DNA of 64,000 bases from an uncultured Prevotellaceae bacterium (lineage in GTDB: Bacteria > Bacteroidota > Bacteroidia > Bacteroidales > Bacteroidaceae), in NCBI GenBank assembly GCA_900317305.1, contig ONGG01000004.1, forward strand, positions 40,983 to 104,982. Direction: 5' to 3'. This document shows, one piece after another, positions 30,754 to 39,589 of this stretch. The stretch's first letter is position 1. Every line of letters begins with the position of its first letter. The translations under genes were made by a program, and so were the position numbers. The notes below the pieces were generated by a model. That model was given only the letters and a program-made list of their open reading frames with translations. It was not told the origin of the DNA and ran no database searches.

Positions 30754-33495
30754 ATGCAAAACCTATTTATCCTATGTGCGGCATTCTTCCTTTTCTCAAT
30801 GGGAGCGAAGGCCGACAATGAGAGGACGAAGGATCCCGAAAACCCAGTCGACTCTCAGTTTGTGTGGCAAAAAAGTCTCGATGAGGTCGTGGTGACCGGA
30901 CAGGGTAGTGCTGTGTCGAAAAGACGGCTCTCCTCGAATATCACCAAACTCTCGGCCGATGACTTGAAACTCTTTCCCACCGACCGCATCGACCAGATGC
31001 TGCAAAACGCGGTGCCTAACATGCAAATCACGCTTACCACCGGCCAGCCTGGCACCACCTCTATTATCAAATCACGCGGTATTTCCTCTGCCTTTACCAA
31101 TTCCACCCCTGTCATCTATGTGGATGGCGTGAGGGTCGATAACCTCAATACGGGCGCTTCGCTCTTCAATGTGATGAACAATGCCTATGGCAACATCAAT
31201 GGACAGACGGCGGCTTCGAGCGCAGTGGGCGACATCCCCATGGAGAACATCGACCATATCGAGTATGTGCCTGGTGGAGCGGCAACCACACTGTATGGCT
31301 CCGACGCGGCCAATGGCGTCATCCAGATTTTCACGAAAAACCATGGCTCGGGACGCTTCAATGCGTCGTTCACCACGCAGGTGGGCATCGATGTGGCCAA
31401 CTCGCAGTTCTATCATTTCGACCGCACCAAGGAACTGCTTCACCAGACGGGCTTCCAACAGAAGTATGGTCTGGCGTTCTCGGGCGGCACGGAGCAACTG
31501 GGCTACTCGTTCGGGGCCAGCATGAGCCAGAACACGGGCACCATCATCCACGACGGCAATGAGCAGAAGAAATACGATATTCGTTTCGGCTCTTCCGTAA
31601 AACTCAACTCCATGCTCAAATACACCAACTCCTTCGGTTTCGTGGCCGAGGACTACAAGCGCAACCGTAATGGCAACCAAGGCTACTATACCGGATTGTG
31701 GTTCGCTGAGGGTGCGGCGGCAGCCAATTTCACCTATACGGCTGCCGATGGGACGCAACGCAATTTCCCCGCCGACATCGATGCGGCATCGGCCTATGAG
31801 TTTGAGCAGATGAAGGCTTTTGTGTCGCAGGCCGAGGCCATGCAAGACCACAAGGAGGAAATCAAGCGTTTCCAGACCTCACAGCAACTGGAGTTCACGC
31901 CAATCAGAAACCTCTCTTTCCATGCCACTTTGGGTGTTGACTACCGCTACAACACCGACAAATTGGTGGAGACCAACCGCTACCTCATCCATACGCAGAT
32001 GAAGCCGGCGGGAACCACCGATGCGGGCAGCGTGTCGAACTACGACAGAAACTATTATGGTATCACGGGCGAACTCAACGGGCAGTGGAAACTCTACCGT
32101 GATGAGTGGCTCAGCAATATCCTCACAGCGGGATTCCAGTATTTCAGCACACACGATCATCAGAGTTTCTATAAAGGACAGAACGTGCGCGACGGAGCAC
32201 GCATCATGACTGGTGCGGGCACCACCAGTGCCGACGAATGGCTGAGTTACCTCCACAACTATGGTGTCTATGTGCAGGACAATGTGGGCATCTTCAACCG
32301 TTATTACCTCGACCTCGGACTGCGTGTCGACTACAACACGGCGTTCGGCGACCAGGTGGGATGGCAGGCTTATCCCAAGATCGGCCTTTCCTACATCATC
32401 TCTGATGAGCCATGGATGCAGAACCTGGTCCAGGAAGGATGGGTCAACTCGCTCAGGCTCTTGGCCAACTATGGTGTGGCGGGCAGCTATCCTCCCGCTT
32501 TCGAATACCAGCGCACCATCGAGGTGAGCTCGTATCTCGACAAGCAGGCCAACACGTTTGGAAAGAACGGCAACCCCAACCTGGGCCCCGAGAAGAAACA
32601 CTCGCGCGAGATAGGTTTCCAAGGCGCGTTTTTCCATAATGTGCTCAATCTGGGACTTACCTATTACAATGCCATCACGATGGATGCGCTGTTCAGCGTG
32701 CCCACGTTGCCGTCGTCAGGACAGAGCAGTTCTTACCTGGCCAATATCGGCAGAATCCGCAACAAGGGATTCGAGTTCTATTTCGGCGTCAACATCATCG
32801 ACAACAAGGACTGGGGACTGAGCCTGCGTGGTTCGCTCAACTCCAATACCAATAAGGTGCTCTCTACCGGAGGCGTCGTGCCATTTGCCATCGGCGGCTT
32901 CTCTTCGCGCACCATCGTCACCATGGTAGAGGAGGGCAAGTCGGTGGGATTCCTCCGTGGCACGGCCACCACGCTCAATGCCGACGGCACAGTGAAAGAG
33001 ACGCTTTACAACCAAGACCTGGGCCGCACGATACCTACCGTCTACGGCAATTTCGCCATCTCTGCCCACTGGCGCCAGCTTAACTTCACACTTACCGGCG
33101 ACTACCAGACGGGGGCTTATGTGCACTCTTTCGACCGGCAGTTCCGGTTCGCCAAGAACATCAAGGACGATGCCATTCCCCAGGCGGCACTCGATGGAAC
33201 CACCCAGGCGAAGACATGGCTCAACTTCACCAACTTCTTTGTCGAGAAGGCCGACTTCTTGAAAATCAGGAACATCGGGGTCGACTACACGTTCGCCTTC
33301 CCCAATTTCGTGCTGCGCACGCTCAACCTGGCTTTCAATGTCTACAACCCCATCTCTATCACCAGCAGCAGTGTGGACCCCGAGGCTGTGCTCTCGGGAG
33401 CGCGCACCCAGGGCGCCGTGGCCACGGGCGGACTCAGTTACAGCAGTTACAGTCTGCCGCGGCAGTATGTGCTCACGGCGAAACTGAGTTTTTAG
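30754..33495 (+). CDS. SusC/RagA-like TonB-dependent transporter (short form)
   Basis: TonB box-like LDEVVVTG; plug GQPG..IKSRG, PVIYVDGVR, ATTLYGSDAANGVIQIFTK; GNPNLGPE; C-terminal Phe (KLSF). Confidence 0.92.
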   Translation: MQNLFILCAAFFLFSMGAKADNERTKDPENPVDSQFVWQKSLDEVVVTGQGSAVSKRRLSSNITKLSADDLKLFPTDRIDQMLQNAVPNMQITLTTGQPGTTSIIKSRGISSAFTNSTPVIYVDGVRVDNLNTGASLFNVMNNAYGNINGQTAASSAVGDIPMENIDHIEYVPGGAATTLYGSDAANGVIQIFTKNHGSGRFNASFTTQVGIDVANSQFYHFDRTKELLHQTGFQQKYGLAFSGGTEQLGYSFGASMSQNTGTIIHDGNEQKKYDIRFGSSVKLNSMLKYTNSFGFVAEDYKRNRNGNQGYYTGLWFAEGAAAANFTYTAADGTQRNFPADIDAASAYEFEQMKAFVSQAEAMQDHKEEIKRFQTSQQLEFTPIRNLSFHATLGVDYRYNTDKLVETNRYLIHTQMKPAGTTDAGSVSNYDRNYYGITGELNGQWKLYRDEWLSNILTAGFQYFSTHDHQSFYKGQNVRDGARIMTGAGTTSADEWLSYLHNYGVYVQDNVGIFNRYYLDLGLRVDYNTAFGDQVGWQAYPKIGLSYIISDEPWMQNLVQEGWVNSLRLLANYGVAGSYPPAFEYQRTIEVSSYLDKQANTFGKNGNPNLGPEKKHSREIGFQGAFFHNVLNLGLTYYNAITMDALFSVPTLPSSGQSSSYLANIGRIRNKGFEFYFGVNIIDNKDWGLSLRGSLNSNTNKVLSTGGVVPFAIGGFSSRTIVTMVEEGKSVGFLRGTATTLNADGTVKETLYNQDLGRTIPTVYGNFAISAHWRQLNFTLTGDYQTGAYVHSFDRQFRFAKNIKDDAIPQAALDGTTQAKTWLNFTNFFVEKADFLKIRNIGVDYTFAFPNFVLRTLNLAFNVYNPISITSSSVDPEAVLSGARTQGAVATGGLSYSSYSLPRQYVLTAKLSF

Positions 33496-33510
33496 CATGC
33501 TGTCTTCAAA

Positions 33511-34965
33511 ATGTGCATAAGCAAAGGTTTAATGACGAAGATGATGAAACCAAAATACATACCCATCATGATGGCTGTGGTGTTGCTGGGCAGTTGCGAC
33601 CTGGTGACGCCCGACGAGATTATCAATCCCAATGTCGACGAGTCGACGTTCCTGAAGTCCGACAACCCTATGGAGACATGGGTCAACGGCACCGAGAAGG
33701 AGTTCGCCCTGCATATGTCCGACTTCGTGGAACTCATGGAAATCCTGTCCGACAACTATTTCAACAACTACACACGGTCGAGCAAGGTGTTCGACGTGCC
33801 ACAACTGCTCTATACTGACGCCGACGTCACCAAACTGCAGCGCCACGTGGGGGCACTGCGCGAGATGGCCGACTATGGACTGACAAAGGTGGCCGAGGCC
33901 GATCCCAATGCCACAGACGCACAGCGGTTCCAACTGCTTTATATCAAGGCCTACTCTTTCTTGCTGGCGGGCGACTTTTTCCGTGCCTTGCCTGTGGAGA
34001 ACGGTGGCGAAGCCGTGGAGTGGGGTGGTCAGTTGGAGAAAGCCATCAAAGTGCTCGACGAGGCACTGCCCTTGGCAAAGAGCAATGACGAGAAAGCGTT
34101 CATCCATACGCTCTATGCCCGTGCGGCCCACCGTTTGGGAAACAGCCAGATGGCTGCCGACCATGCCCGCCAGGCACTTTCGGCCTCGTCCAACTTCTGC
34201 AGACAGGTGAGGTTCGACAACAAGAACGGGGTGCTCAACGGAGCACAGGAGGCCATCTGGAGCGACTGGTTCCAACCGCTGCCCCGCCTCGATTTCCTCG
34301 ACCCGAAATACTTCCAGATGAATAGCGACGACCAGTGCCCCATCACCATTGCGAAAGCCGAGGAGAACTATCTGATTCTGGCCGAGGCGGCACTGGCTTC
34401 CAATAAACTCGACGAGGCCAAGGCGCAACTCACCAACCTGCTCGGTCTGGTGAAGAGCCGTCCGGTGCAGACCGATATCAACGACCAACTCGAGGGGCGC
34501 TACAATGGTGGACTGAAGGCTTTCCCCAACGACCCGGCCTATCGGGTGCAGGCTTCGCCTGACGATTCCTTGCGCGTGGGGCTCATCATCGACCGCCGCC
34601 CGCCCTTCTTCGTCTCCATACCTTATATCTCGGGTACTTCGGTGACGCAGGCGATGATCGACGGTCTCGACAATCATGACAGTGCGCTCGAACTGCTCTA
34701 CCTCATGCGCCAGGAGATATTCTTCGCCGAGGGAAGGCGCCCTGCCGACTTAGGAATCCGGCTCCCGCTCTGCGAGGTGGAGGCGGCCAATGTCTCCGAT
34801 GCGGCCCGCTTCACCGAGGCGCACATCCCCTCGTTCATACCGCTGAATTATGGTCTCGACGACTTCACTGTCGACGATATGGCCAAGACCGTGACCATCA
34901 AATATAATATGAACCGTGTCATCGTGCAGAATGCCCGTTCGGCCGATGTGGCACCTTTTGAATAA
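33511..34965 (+). CDS. SusD/RagB-like outer-membrane lipoprotein
   Basis: Lipobox VLLGSC; TPR-like helices (ARAAHRLG, ENYLILAEAAL); MRQEIFFAEGRRPADLG resembles the SusD R-x-E-L-x-x-EG-R motif; directly after SusC. True start may be 33532-33544. Confidence 0.8.
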   Translation: MCISKGLMTKMMKPKYIPIMMAVVLLGSCDLVTPDEIINPNVDESTFLKSDNPMETWVNGTEKEFALHMSDFVELMEILSDNYFNNYTRSSKVFDVPQLLYTDADVTKLQRHVGALREMADYGLTKVAEADPNATDAQRFQLLYIKAYSFLLAGDFFRALPVENGGEAVEWGGQLEKAIKVLDEALPLAKSNDEKAFIHTLYARAAHRLGNSQMAADHARQALSASSNFCRQVRFDNKNGVLNGAQEAIWSDWFQPLPRLDFLDPKYFQMNSDDQCPITIAKAEENYLILAEAALASNKLDEAKAQLTNLLGLVKSRPVQTDINDQLEGRYNGGLKAFPNDPAYRVQASPDDSLRVGLIIDRRPPFFVSIPYISGTSVTQAMIDGLDNHDSALELLYLMRQEIFFAEGRRPADLGIRLPLCEVEAANVSDAARFTEAHIPSFIPLNYGLDDFTVDDMAKTVTIKYNMNRVIVQNARSADVAPFE

Positions 34966-34971
34966 ACTGCT

Positions 34972-36291
34972 ATGTGCCTACACCTCTCACACTCACGGCT
35001 GGTGATGACGCTGATGGCCTGTGTCATGTGCCTGGGACTGCGTGCCCAGACCCCATCAGGTGTTCATCCGAAATACGTCATCCTCATCACCATCGACGGA
35101 CTGCGTGCCGAGATGGTGGACGACCCGCTCATGCCCTCGCCATTCCTGAAGATGATGAGCCAAGAGGGTTTGCGTATAGGAAAGGTAATCGGTGTGCCGC
35201 CGGCAGCCACCTATCCATCGCACACCACCCTCGTCACCGGCGAGGTGCCGGCCAGGCACCGGGTATTCTACAACCGCCCGTTCTTGTGGAACAAGGACAC
35301 GGCGCGCATCAGCTATTGGTATGCCGACAGCATAGCCGTGCCCACAATCTGGCAGCGGGCGCACGAGAAGGGGATGAGGACGGCGTCGCTCTTCTGGCCT
35401 ACGTCTACCAACAGTCCATACATCGATTATAATGTGCCTGAATTCTGGTCGCTCGACTATAGCTGCGACCAGATGGAATACATCAAGCCTTCGTGCACAC
35501 CACTGGGTATTCTTGACGAACTGGAACGAAATGCCTGTGGAAAACTCGATACCATCACCTATCAGGCGGGGTCGCTGCAGCGCGATGGGCGTACCGCGGC
35601 CATGGCCAATTACCTGATGAACCATTACCAACCACGACTCACCACCATCCATCTTATCACCACCGACTACAGCCAGCATGCCCTGGGAACGCAGAGCCAG
35701 CAGCTCCTTCAGGATATGGCGAGCGCCGACCATGCCGTTGGCACCATTATCGAGAACCTCAGGCTCACCCACCGACTCGACAGCACGGTGGTCATCGTCA
35801 CTGGCGACCACGGCTTCTGCGACTATAGTCAGACGCTCAGTCCCAACATCTGGCTTACAAGGGCCGGTTTGCTCAGTCCGCAACCCGGAGGTGAGTGGAA
35901 GGCGTGCTTCTATGCGGGGGGAAACACTTGTTTCCTCTATTTGCGCAAGGGCAATGACAAGAAGACGCTCAGGCGCATCCGGCAGATGCTCGACAGGCTT
36001 CCCGACGACCAGCGCCGGCTTTTCCGCATAGTGGAGAAGGAGGAACTTGTAGAGAAAGGGGCCGACCCTGCCGTGGCCTTGGCGCTGGAGCCCATCGTGG
36101 GAGTGGCGATGACCAACAACCGCACGGGTGAGGTGGTGGAACAGCGCAGGGGCGGCACGCACGGATTCCTGAGCGGACAGGATGCCACTACGCTCATCGC
36201 CTATGGGGCTGGCATCAATCCCGGCCATCAGGATGTTATCCGGCAGACTGCTATTGCCCCCTGGATACTACAGCTTCTGGGGATAGACTGA
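34972..36291 (+). CDS. Nucleotide pyrophosphatase/phosphodiesterase (alkaline-phosphatase superfamily), secreted
   Basis: ITIDGLR (Zn Asp), TYPSHTTLVTG (catalytic Thr), TTDYSQH, TGDHG, GGTHG; signal peptide. Confidence 0.88.
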   Translation: MCLHLSHSRLVMTLMACVMCLGLRAQTPSGVHPKYVILITIDGLRAEMVDDPLMPSPFLKMMSQEGLRIGKVIGVPPAATYPSHTTLVTGEVPARHRVFYNRPFLWNKDTARISYWYADSIAVPTIWQRAHEKGMRTASLFWPTSTNSPYIDYNVPEFWSLDYSCDQMEYIKPSCTPLGILDELERNACGKLDTITYQAGSLQRDGRTAAMANYLMNHYQPRLTTIHLITTDYSQHALGTQSQQLLQDMASADHAVGTIIENLRLTHRLDSTVVIVTGDHGFCDYSQTLSPNIWLTRAGLLSPQPGGEWKACFYAGGNTCFLYLRKGNDKKTLRRIRQMLDRLPDDQRRLFRIVEKEELVEKGADPAVALALEPIVGVAMTNNRTGEVVEQRRGGTHGFLSGQDATTLIAYGAGINPGHQDVIRQTAIAPWILQLLGID

Positions 36292-36334
36292 TACCGAAGA
36301 CAACCTTTACGAATATCATTAATCATTTAAGCCT

Positions 36335-36880
36335 ATGATAGACCAAATTATCCAATTCAACAAACAATTCGTGGAATCGAAGGGATACGAGAAGTTCATT
36401 ACCGACAAATATCCCAACAAAAAACTGGCTGTGCTCTCGTGCATGGACACCAGACTCACCGAACTGCTTCCAGCAGCACTGGGACTGAGGAATGGCGATG
36501 CGAAGATGATCAAGAACGCAGGCGGACTGGTGATTTCTCCTTTCGACTCTGCCATGCGAAGCCTCATCGTGGCCATCTACGAACTGGGCGTGGAGGAGAT
36601 CATGGTGGTGGCTCATTCGAATTGTGGGGCCTGCCACATGAGTTTCGACCATTTCCATCACGAGATGATAGGGCGGGGGGTGACCGAGGAGACGCTCAAC
36701 ACCATCCGCAAGTGTGGCATCGACCTGAACACATGGCTTGAGGGATTCAAAGACACGCCCGAATCGGTGCGAAAGACTGTAGAGACCATCAAGACTCATC
36801 CGCTCGTGCCACGCGACATCGTAGTTCGCGGATTCATCATCGACTCCGAAACCGGTAAGCTCGACGAAATCACTTGCTGA
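36335..36880 (+). CDS. Beta-class carbonic anhydrase
   Basis: SCMDTR and AHSNCG supply the Cys/His/Cys Zn ligands and the Asp-Arg dyad; IKNAGG. Confidence 0.92.
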   Translation: MIDQIIQFNKQFVESKGYEKFITDKYPNKKLAVLSCMDTRLTELLPAALGLRNGDAKMIKNAGGLVISPFDSAMRSLIVAIYELGVEEIMVVAHSNCGACHMSFDHFHHEMIGRGVTEETLNTIRKCGIDLNTWLEGFKDTPESVRKTVETIKTHPLVPRDIVVRGFIIDSETGKLDEITC

Positions 36881-36894
36881 CGACAAGTCCCGAC

Positions 36895-37006
36895 GGAGTT
36901 CAGACATTATGATAACCTATAGTCGTTGAACCAACGAATTGAGTTGCGGACTAATGTCTGAACTTCTAAATGTCTGAACTCCTGAACTTCTGAACTTCTG
37001 AACTCC
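36895..37006 (+). repeat. Inverted-repeat/octamer element, copy B
   Basis: ggagttcagacatta (36895-36909) pairs with taatgtctgaacttc (36952-36966). Period-8 array ctgaactt/ctaaatgt/ctgaactc/ctgaactt/ctgaactt/ctgaactc at 36958-37005. Confidence 0.78.
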
Positions 37007-37013
37007 TTAATTT

Positions 37014-37646
37014 ATGGAAGATACATTCAAAGTGTTCGATATCGGGAAATGGGATAGAAAAGATATGTACTACCATTTCTCAAGACTGAGGTTGCCCCAC
37101 TATATGGTGGCTACGAACATCGATGTCAGCCGGTTGCTGGAATACAAGCGTGAGCACGGCCTCTCTTTCTATCTCTCGTTGGTATACCTCGTGACAAAGT
37201 GCATGAACGGCATAGAGGAGTTTCATCTGAGAGTCAGGGATGGCCAGGTGGTCAGATACAAGCAGATAGAGACCAATTTCACGCACAGAAAGCCGGGCGA
37301 AAGGGTGTTCCTTTTCCACACCGCCCGATTCGAGGGCTCGTTGGACGAATACGTGAAAAAGACTTCACGTGAGATAGCCCTCCAGACATCTTTGTTCGGT
37401 GGCATGGGCGACTTGCCCAACGTGGCCTATTGCACTTGTACGCCAACGCTCGAACTCACGGCATGCACCAACCCGGGTATGGAGGATCCCAATGATGCCA
37501 TACCAAGGGTGAATTGGGGAAAATATGTCATGCGTGATGGCCGGTGGATGCTCAATATGTCTATCATGGCCAATCACCGGTTCATCGATGGCTACCACCT
37601 GGAGCAGTTCTTCAACAGCCTGCAGGAAGAAATCAATAGGTTGTAG
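37014..37646 (+). CDS. Chloramphenicol acetyltransferase (CatA)-family O-acyltransferase
   Basis: 210 aa; WDRKDMYYHF; PRVNWGKY; ANHRFIDGYH (catalytic His, Asp). Confidence 0.82.
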   Translation: MEDTFKVFDIGKWDRKDMYYHFSRLRLPHYMVATNIDVSRLLEYKREHGLSFYLSLVYLVTKCMNGIEEFHLRVRDGQVVRYKQIETNFTHRKPGERVFLFHTARFEGSLDEYVKKTSREIALQTSLFGGMGDLPNVAYCTCTPTLELTACTNPGMEDPNDAIPRVNWGKYVMRDGRWMLNMSIMANHRFIDGYHLEQFFNSLQEEINRL

Positions 37647-37670
37647 CCCGAAGAAAAGCCTGCCGAAGGG

Positions 37671-39545
37671 TCATCCATATATCTGCTCGTACCACTTCTG
37701 GAATACATAGAGGTTCCACAACTTGTTCTTGTGGTTCTCTTTTCCCGTGAAGTGCTCGTGCAGCACATGCTGGATGAAGTCGTAGTCGAAGAGGCCTTGC
37801 CGCTCGATGTGCTCCTTGCCGGTAAGCCGTTCCAGGTCTTCGCGGAGGTCCTCACGCAACCAGTGGTCCACGGGCACGTCGAATCCTTTTTTGGAAAAGT
37901 GGATGGTGGCCTCAGGCAACAGGTCCTTGAAAGTCTCCTTCAGGATGTATTTCTTGTTGCGGCCGTGCTGCTTCAGGCCGTCGGGCATGCTCAGTGCCAG
38001 TTCCAGAATGCGGCTGTCGATGAACGGGGTGCGGTTCTCCAGTGAGTTGTACATGCAGGCACGGTCAACCTTGGGGAACATGCATCCTTCCAATACGCTT
38101 TCCACATCGAGCAACTGCTGCTTTTGCAGATAGGAGAAACGGTCGCTGATGGCATCGTAGCGTTTCTCGTAAAGAGGCTTGATGTCCTGATACATCTCAG
38201 GCTTGAGCAATGTCTTGCGCTGGTCGTCATTGAATCCCAGGCAGAGCATGTCGTAATAAAGGCCAAAACCGCTTTTCTGCGACGAGCGGATAATCTTCTT
38301 TACCTTTCTGAGCAGGTTGTTGGTGTAGCCGTTAATCGGACAGCAGTCCACCATCTTCTCGAAAGCCATACGCAACACCTTGGGCACGCGCTTGTAACGA
38401 CGTGAGTAGTAGTCGGCCAGATATTTCTCGTAGCCGGCGAACAGCTCATCGGCACAGTCGCCGGTGAGAACGAATTTCACGTCCTTACGGGCCAACTTCG
38501 ACACATAATAGGAAGGAATGGCAGAGGAGTCGCCAAAAGGCTCGTCGTAGTAGGCGAGCAACTCGTCGAGATCGTGAATCACGTCCTTGTATTCAAGGAT
38601 GTACTTCGTGTGCTTCGACCCGATGTGGCGGGCGAGCAACTCGGCACGGTGGGTCTCGTCGCATTCCCGTTCGTTGAAACCAATGGAGAAGGTGCGGATG
38701 GGCTCGTCGGACAATTGGTTCATCAGACAGCAGATAATGCTCGAGTCGATACCGCCGCTGAGAAAGGCTCCGGCAGGAACGTCGGCCACCAGGCGCTTCT
38801 TCACCGAGTCGGTCAGCAACTCTCTCAGGCGTGCTTTCGCTTCTTCTTCGGTGATGTCCTGTGGTTGGATGGTTTCCTGCAACCGATAGTAGGTATGGGT
38901 GGTGGGGGTGTGGTCGCTGCCTATCGTGGTCCAGGTGCCGGGCATCATCTTGCGTACAGGCTCGTAGATGGAGTAGGGGGCTGGGATATAGTCGAGGCTG
39001 AGGAACAGGTTCAGGGCTGTCTTGTCGATGGCGAAATGTTGCTCACGGGGATTGAAGGCCTTGAGTTCGGAGGCGAAACGGTAACCGTCTTCATCATGGA
39101 TATAGTAAAGGGGCTTCTCTCCGAAACTGTCGCGGGCTATATGCACCTCATCGCTCCGCTGATCGTAGATGGCAAAGGCATACATCCCTTCCAACTTCTC
39201 CAGACAGGCACGGATGCCGTAATGAAGGTAGGCCTGCGCTATCACCTCGGTGTCGCTGTTGGTGTAGAATGTCGCACCTTGGGCGGCCAACTCCTCACGC
39301 AATTCCTGGAAATTGTAGATTTCGCCGTTGTATACGATGACGATGTTGCCATTGTCGATGGTCAGGGGCTGATGACCTGTCTTGATGTCGATGATGGAGA
39401 GCCGGCGGTGCGACAGGGCCACACGACCTTTCACAAACACACCGCTGTCGTCCGGACCACGACGTGTCATCCTGTCGTTCATATCCCTGATGGTTTGCTC
39501 GTCGGCCTCACCATGATAGCGTATGATTCCTGCTATTCCACACAT
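37671..39545 (-). CDS. Second AsnB-family glutamine amidotransferase (polysaccharide/cell-envelope type)
   Basis: MCGIAG, RRGPD, NGEIYN, FLSGGIDSS, TGDCADELFAGY, SLENRTPF, KKGFDVP; 624 aa long form. Confidence 0.88.
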   Translation of the reverse strand: MCGIAGIIRYHGEADEQTIRDMNDRMTRRGPDDSGVFVKGRVALSHRRLSIIDIKTGHQPLTIDNGNIVIVYNGEIYNFQELREELAAQGATFYTNSDTEVIAQAYLHYGIRACLEKLEGMYAFAIYDQRSDEVHIARDSFGEKPLYYIHDEDGYRFASELKAFNPREQHFAIDKTALNLFLSLDYIPAPYSIYEPVRKMMPGTWTTIGSDHTPTTHTYYRLQETIQPQDITEEEAKARLRELLTDSVKKRLVADVPAGAFLSGGIDSSIICCLMNQLSDEPIRTFSIGFNERECDETHRAELLARHIGSKHTKYILEYKDVIHDLDELLAYYDEPFGDSSAIPSYYVSKLARKDVKFVLTGDCADELFAGYEKYLADYYSRRYKRVPKVLRMAFEKMVDCCPINGYTNNLLRKVKKIIRSSQKSGFGLYYDMLCLGFNDDQRKTLLKPEMYQDIKPLYEKRYDAISDRFSYLQKQQLLDVESVLEGCMFPKVDRACMYNSLENRTPFIDSRILELALSMPDGLKQHGRNKKYILKETFKDLLPEATIHFSKKGFDVPVDHWLREDLREDLERLTGKEHIERQGLFDYDFIQHVLHEHFTGKENHKNKLWNLYVFQKWYEQIYG

Positions 39546-39589
39546 ATTCTCTTCTTTTTTCTACATAAAACGTGATTTTCGCGGATATA

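Noticed and set aside
13582-37006. CRISPR array suggested by the repeated CTGAACTC units
   Set aside because: The units are 8 bp and adjacent, with no unique spacers and no cas genes.
37671-39545. AsnB paralogue as a lasso cyclase for the 63200 peptide
   Set aside because: It retains the N-terminal Cys glutaminase domain, has no adjacent B1/B2 genes, and lies ~24 kb from the peptide.
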